From assembly GCA_003693705.1 (NCBI GenBank), contig RBZT01000623.1:1-64000 (forward strand): a stretch of DNA of 64,000 nt, read 5' to 3'. A program made the translations under genes and the position numbers. The DNA comes from Polymyxa betae A26-41. Lineage: Eukaryota; Protista; Endomyxa: Phytomyxea. The notes beneath the pieces were generated by a model that saw nothing but the letters and a program-made list of their open reading frames with translations, did no database searches and was not told the DNA's origin. Positions within the stretch are counted from its first letter, which is position 1. Each line of letters begins with the position of its first letter. Positions 59,833 through 64,000 of the stretch are shown piece after piece.

Positions 59833-60096
59833 ATGTCGACAGCGAAGCAGTCGAACTGGAATGAATCAGGCGGCAATGGGACCAACCAGGAATCGAAAGA
59901 GAATGCGCTCAATAAGGCGAACAAGTGCCTGGAAGCGACCAAATCGAAGTTCAGTCAGATGACGCAGATGTGGTTCAAAAAGCCCTCCAGCGCCGAGAAC
60001 TCCAAATCCTTCTTTGGATTCAAAGCCAGAAAGCAGTGCGATGTCATTGAAATGGAATCCAGAACTCGAGCGAATTCGGTCGAAGACTCATCTTAA
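59833..60096 (+). CDS. Small hypothetical protein
   Basis: ATG-initiated 87-aa part of ORF 59662-60096 with coding-like composition; no motif. Confidence 0.4.
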   Translation: MSTAKQSNWNESGGNGTNQESKENALNKANKCLEATKSKFSQMTQMWFKKPSSAENSKSFFGFKARKQCDVIEMESRTRANSVEDSS

Positions 60097-60505
60097 GCTA
60101 TGGGAGTCAAAGAACTGCTTTATCAATATCATTCACTGTATAAAATTCACACCACTTATCAGATAATTGTTGTGAATTGCTTATTTAAAATAGATGTTTG
60201 TTGTAAACAAAACAACCGTCCGATGGAAACACAACCTTGAATGTATGATTATGCGATGTCCATTACTGAGGCAGCTCACATCAATGAAAAAATCTCTTAA
60301 ATTATTCTATGTAGCGTCATACGATCGTTCCAAAGATTCTTCATCCAAGTCCTCCTCTGGGCGCCATTATCGCGAATTTCGGAGAATTCGCTCTGTACTG
60401 AGCCGCCTTGAATGAAGGTCGTGCTGTCAGCAGCCACCACGGCCCCTAGCCAAATAGTATCGAGGCGTTCTTGAGAGGACGACATCTTCCCGGGGGGCTC
60501 CAGTA

Positions 60506-61413
60506 ATGGAGGCTGATGATCAGATGATGATTGATTCCAGCGACGTCGAAGATCAGCCGCCCCAGAAAAGAGCCAAATTCTTTCATATCTTTTCAATGAG
60601 GAAGCGGTATGAACGGGATGTATCTGAGGCTGAACATTCTGATTTGAAAAGAGGTATGTTGATAAAAACATAACTAATGGATTTACTAACCATTATTCGA
60701 AGCGAAGAAGTCGATGCCGATTCATGACCGGCCCGAGTTCTTCCATACAGACGTTGTCTCGAAACGAAGAAAAATACATGCAGATTTAAATCTGCATCCC
60801 AAACCCAAACATCGAAATCTCCATCGCAGTCTGCCTCTTCGGAATTCGGGACGCCAACACTCGAAACCGCCCAACATTGATGATGGTTATCAATCCTCAT
60901 TGCAGGAAGACATTCCAGCGAAGGCGCCTTCCGATATTAGCCAGTCTAACGATAGGGAAGATGCAGGCGCAAAGCTGGTGGCGGATGATGAGATGCAAAA
61001 ACGATATGAACGAAGAAAAGCAGCTGATGAGGCGTCGCTTAAACAGCGTGTGGATGATCGCTTAAGACAGCATCGGAACGAGGAAGACAGCAGAGGGCGG
61101 CTCGCGGATTTGAAATTGGAAGTTCAGGTACAATCTGCAATTGTGTTTTAATCAGCGATTTGCTGACTGTATTACCTAGTCACGAGTTCATGAAGAGATC
61201 AGCCGTCGGGCTGCCGGGAAATCTCCCGTCCAGCTGTTGATGGAATTCTGTGGAATCAGAAGTAGCGCTGACTCGCGAGATTCTTTGAAAAAGGCGTATC
61301 GACGTGCACTAGCGCAGGTTCATCCAGACAGGATGCAGCAGAAGCCTCTGGAACAGGTTGTCGAAGCCGAAGAGATATACAAGTTGCTCCAGCCCATATA
61401 CTGTGAATTATAA
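60506..61413 (+). CDS. C-terminal J-domain (auxilin-like DnaJ) protein, 3 exons
   Basis: Last exon SLKKAYRRALAQVHPDRMQQ..AEEIYKLL contains HPD; preceded by a coiled coil. Start uncertain. Confidence 0.75.
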
Positions 61414-61547
61414 CCATGTTTAATCGATTGTTTCCATTTCTCGCAATGGTTAATACAGTCTAATGCACTTTGAAACAAGTCGAAATGCATGTGAGCACTA
61501 TTCACTAAATAATTAACTGTGATATGTATTGGCTCCATGATTCAGTA

Positions 61548-63557
61548 TTAGTATAGACTCCTAGAATCAGGTAGTTGGACTTGGGTCGGCAACGGGACTC
61601 GGTTGTTGGCCTCGCGTCGCCCGAAATCTCTGAACCGCAGGAACGAATACATTGTTTCCGGTGATGTTACGTCCTATTGTTCTGGACATAAATGCATATG
61701 TAATTATGGAGATAAATACAAGGAGCAATTCCCTGAAACAATCTATTAGTCAAAGCAAATAGCACGAGAAAAGAAGCAGACCAGTGGAGTTCTAGAAACA
61801 CAGATACATTGTCAGAATTCTGCTGCCGTAAATCAAAAGACAATATCACACCGCCTTGCAGAACAGCAACTAACACAAAGTTTAGCTGAATCACGTTAGG
61901 GACAACAATCCCCACCTAGGACAGTTCCACGATTGTACAACGCGATAGATAAGATTTGACGGTCCTCAAGGTGCGACGGCAAAGAGAACTCATTTTGCAC
62001 CTCCCAGAACAAAGGAGAGTCTAGATGGTACGTCCTTTCTAAGAAAACGAAGTTCCCAAACTAATCTGAATATCAGAACCAACAAGGACGATGCACAGTA
62101 GCCACAAACATTATCTGACAAAGCAATCACTTCGCCTAATTCATCTAAAGCGATATGCGTAAACTGAATCTTCGACTCTAAATTGATAATCTTGATGGCG
62201 TTCGATTCCAGCGAGGAATCGATCGACATCACGAAAGGCGTCGAGCTGAGGCAGATCATCTTTGAAGAAGACTCTGCAAAAATCGTCATCGCGATATTCC
62301 AATACGACGAAAGTTAATGACATACCGGCAATAAAATTGGCGGTTGGGTAAATATTCGGCAATGTGACTGAAGTGTCTCTGGAGGCAAATGGCTTGGTCG
62401 AGAAAATCTCGTTCAAAATCCAACTGCCATCCTGGAAATCGTACAGCTTCGTAGAATACTGCTGATGTTGTGAATTCGCCAAGAAGCTCGAGACAATAAT
62501 GCGATTGGCCCCAGCAGATGAAATAGCAGGCACCGAATCGATCGACATCACACGCGATTCAATGCTCCTCGCGGTGGCGTTCGGGCCTGAACATATGTCA
62601 GAAAAAAGCCCATCACTTCCACAAAACTGGCATGCCTTCATGAATAGGCGGCATACTTCCATCAACGACAACGCCGAGATCGTCGATATCAACAGACGAA
62701 AACAGATGCTTGTCGTCGGCCAGGGAGAAAACGAGCTGGTTGCCGTGCGTTAGCGTTAAGGCCAGCACAGATCCAAAGCGAGGAGCAAGCATGGATTTCT
62801 GACCAACGATGCTCCAATTGTCGTCGAATTCCAGCAACGACAGCGTCCTAAATGGTTCGCCGAACGCTTTCAACGAAACAGCAATACGGCGTCTTAGAAA
62901 ATCATAGGCAATCCTCTCGATGTGACCTTCTTGATCGATCTCTGTAACCAGCTACACAAAAATTAAATGATGGCAAAACGTTGCTAAATGAAGTCTGACC
63001 TGCCAATCATCAAAGAGAATTCTGGGCGAAAGATTGCTATTGAATCGAGTTCTTTTCTTGAACAGCTCGGTCGTAGAACGGGTCCAGATAGCGATCGAGC
63101 ATCGGTGAGGTTCGCCGTCCGTCGACAGTTTCTTAGAAGCGACTAATAGCCCGGTATTGGAGTCATCAAGAGGAAGAATTTTAACAATGGAACTCGAATT
63201 CAGGGCTGACAGTTGTAAAGGCGTTGTCGTATATAGCGACGTTGGGGTCTCAGAAGATTCATTTGAATTGACAGCGCCTAGTTTCGAGGCCAGAATTGAT
63301 GCCAGAGGCGCGCTGGCGAAGACGTTCTCTCGACCTTCTTTCCAAGACGTTGATCGAGGCGTAAATTTTTCGGAAACCAGCTGCGATATCGCTAACGGGA
63401 CGCCATAACGTCGTGACCCGGTCTCATACGAGTCGAGATCATCCAGCATCATCAGCAACAGCACGATACCGCAAACAAACCCGAGACCGGCCAGGCCCCA
63501 GCGGAACCGGGGACCAGCGCCTGTCCCCAAAGCGGCCATAAAACCGATAGGGATCAT
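61548..63557 (-). CDS. Hypothetical membrane protein (N-terminal anchor, beta-rich domain, C-terminal TM helices)
   Basis: Chain of minus-strand ORFs linked by short introns; hydrophobic WGLAGLGFVCGIVLLLMML near the N-terminus and several hydrophobic segments at 61670-61915. Confidence 0.55.
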
Positions 63558-63760
63558 CTGGAGACGACTTTAAGCAATGACAATGTCGTGATGTGAGAGA
63601 TCATTCACACACAGCGAATTAGACAGGGACGCAGCTTTTCCTGAAAATAGCGATTAGACTTTTCCCCACTGCAGCAAATACAACAAAAAAGCTTCCACAT
63701 GAGATGTAAATGCAGGAGCGCTTGAGTTTCTAACTTTTGTGCGCACAAATTTGTGCGTGA

Positions 63761-63895
63761 CACTCCAATACAGTATTGGTATTCGCCACTCTAAAATTGG
63801 AGTAACCTGCAGGCTACCACTCTAAAATGGTGTAGCATAGCACTCTAAAGCAGGGTAGATCCCGCTCTGAAATCAGCGGACCCTGACACTCTAAA
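63761..63895 (+). repeat. Array of CACTCTAAA-type motifs
   Basis: Copies at 63787, 63818, 63841 and 63887, variants at 63761 and 63863, with non-identical spacers. Confidence 0.65.
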
Positions 63896-64000
63896 CTGGG
63901 GCGATTTGCTCCTATCCCGTTCTTTGTTTTGGCGAGCTGTGAGCACCAAAATTGGATAGATCATATTTGATCATGTTTAGCTACAACAGTCTCAGCCTTT

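Noticed and set aside
63761-63895. CRISPR-like array
   Set aside because: Repeat only 9-10 bp, spacers short, eukaryotic context and no cas genes.

Overview
Gene-dense eukaryotic nuclear DNA, standard genetic code, with about 30 protein genes, very short introns (mostly 40-60 nt) and intergenic gaps often under 200 bp. An intronless EFL (EF-like) gene, TTT(T)AGGG-like motifs and a Gnt1-type GlcNAc transferase suggest a rhizarian protist, most plausibly a phytomyxid/plasmodiophorid; this is an inference, not proven. Recognisable genes: SDS3-like, AATF/BFR2, bystin/ENP1, ALKBH8, a Rho GTPase, a BRF2-like TFIIB factor, GT60/Gnt1, Deg/HtrA protease, SMIM4-like, LSM14, MYND protein, class I PDE, EFL, OTC-like, TXNDC9/PLP, half-size ABCA, NAD kinase, class IV aminotransferase-like, hyccin, OXA1, RPL23, RAD5, ankyrin protein and a J-domain protein. 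Highlights: (i) a tandem pair of giant, intron-rich surface receptor-like genes (signal peptide, LamG-like region, EGF, Cys-rich repeats, multi-TM), co-oriented with a MYND gene and a PDE; (ii) two box C/D snoRNAs with LSU rRNA guides in ORF-free host-like loci; (iii) an intact, probably mitochondrial OTC homologue lacking nearly all catalytic motifs; (iv) a Stowaway-like MITE; (v) oriented telomere-like boxes upstream of genes. Exon boundaries were derived by eye, so gene coordinates are outer spans.
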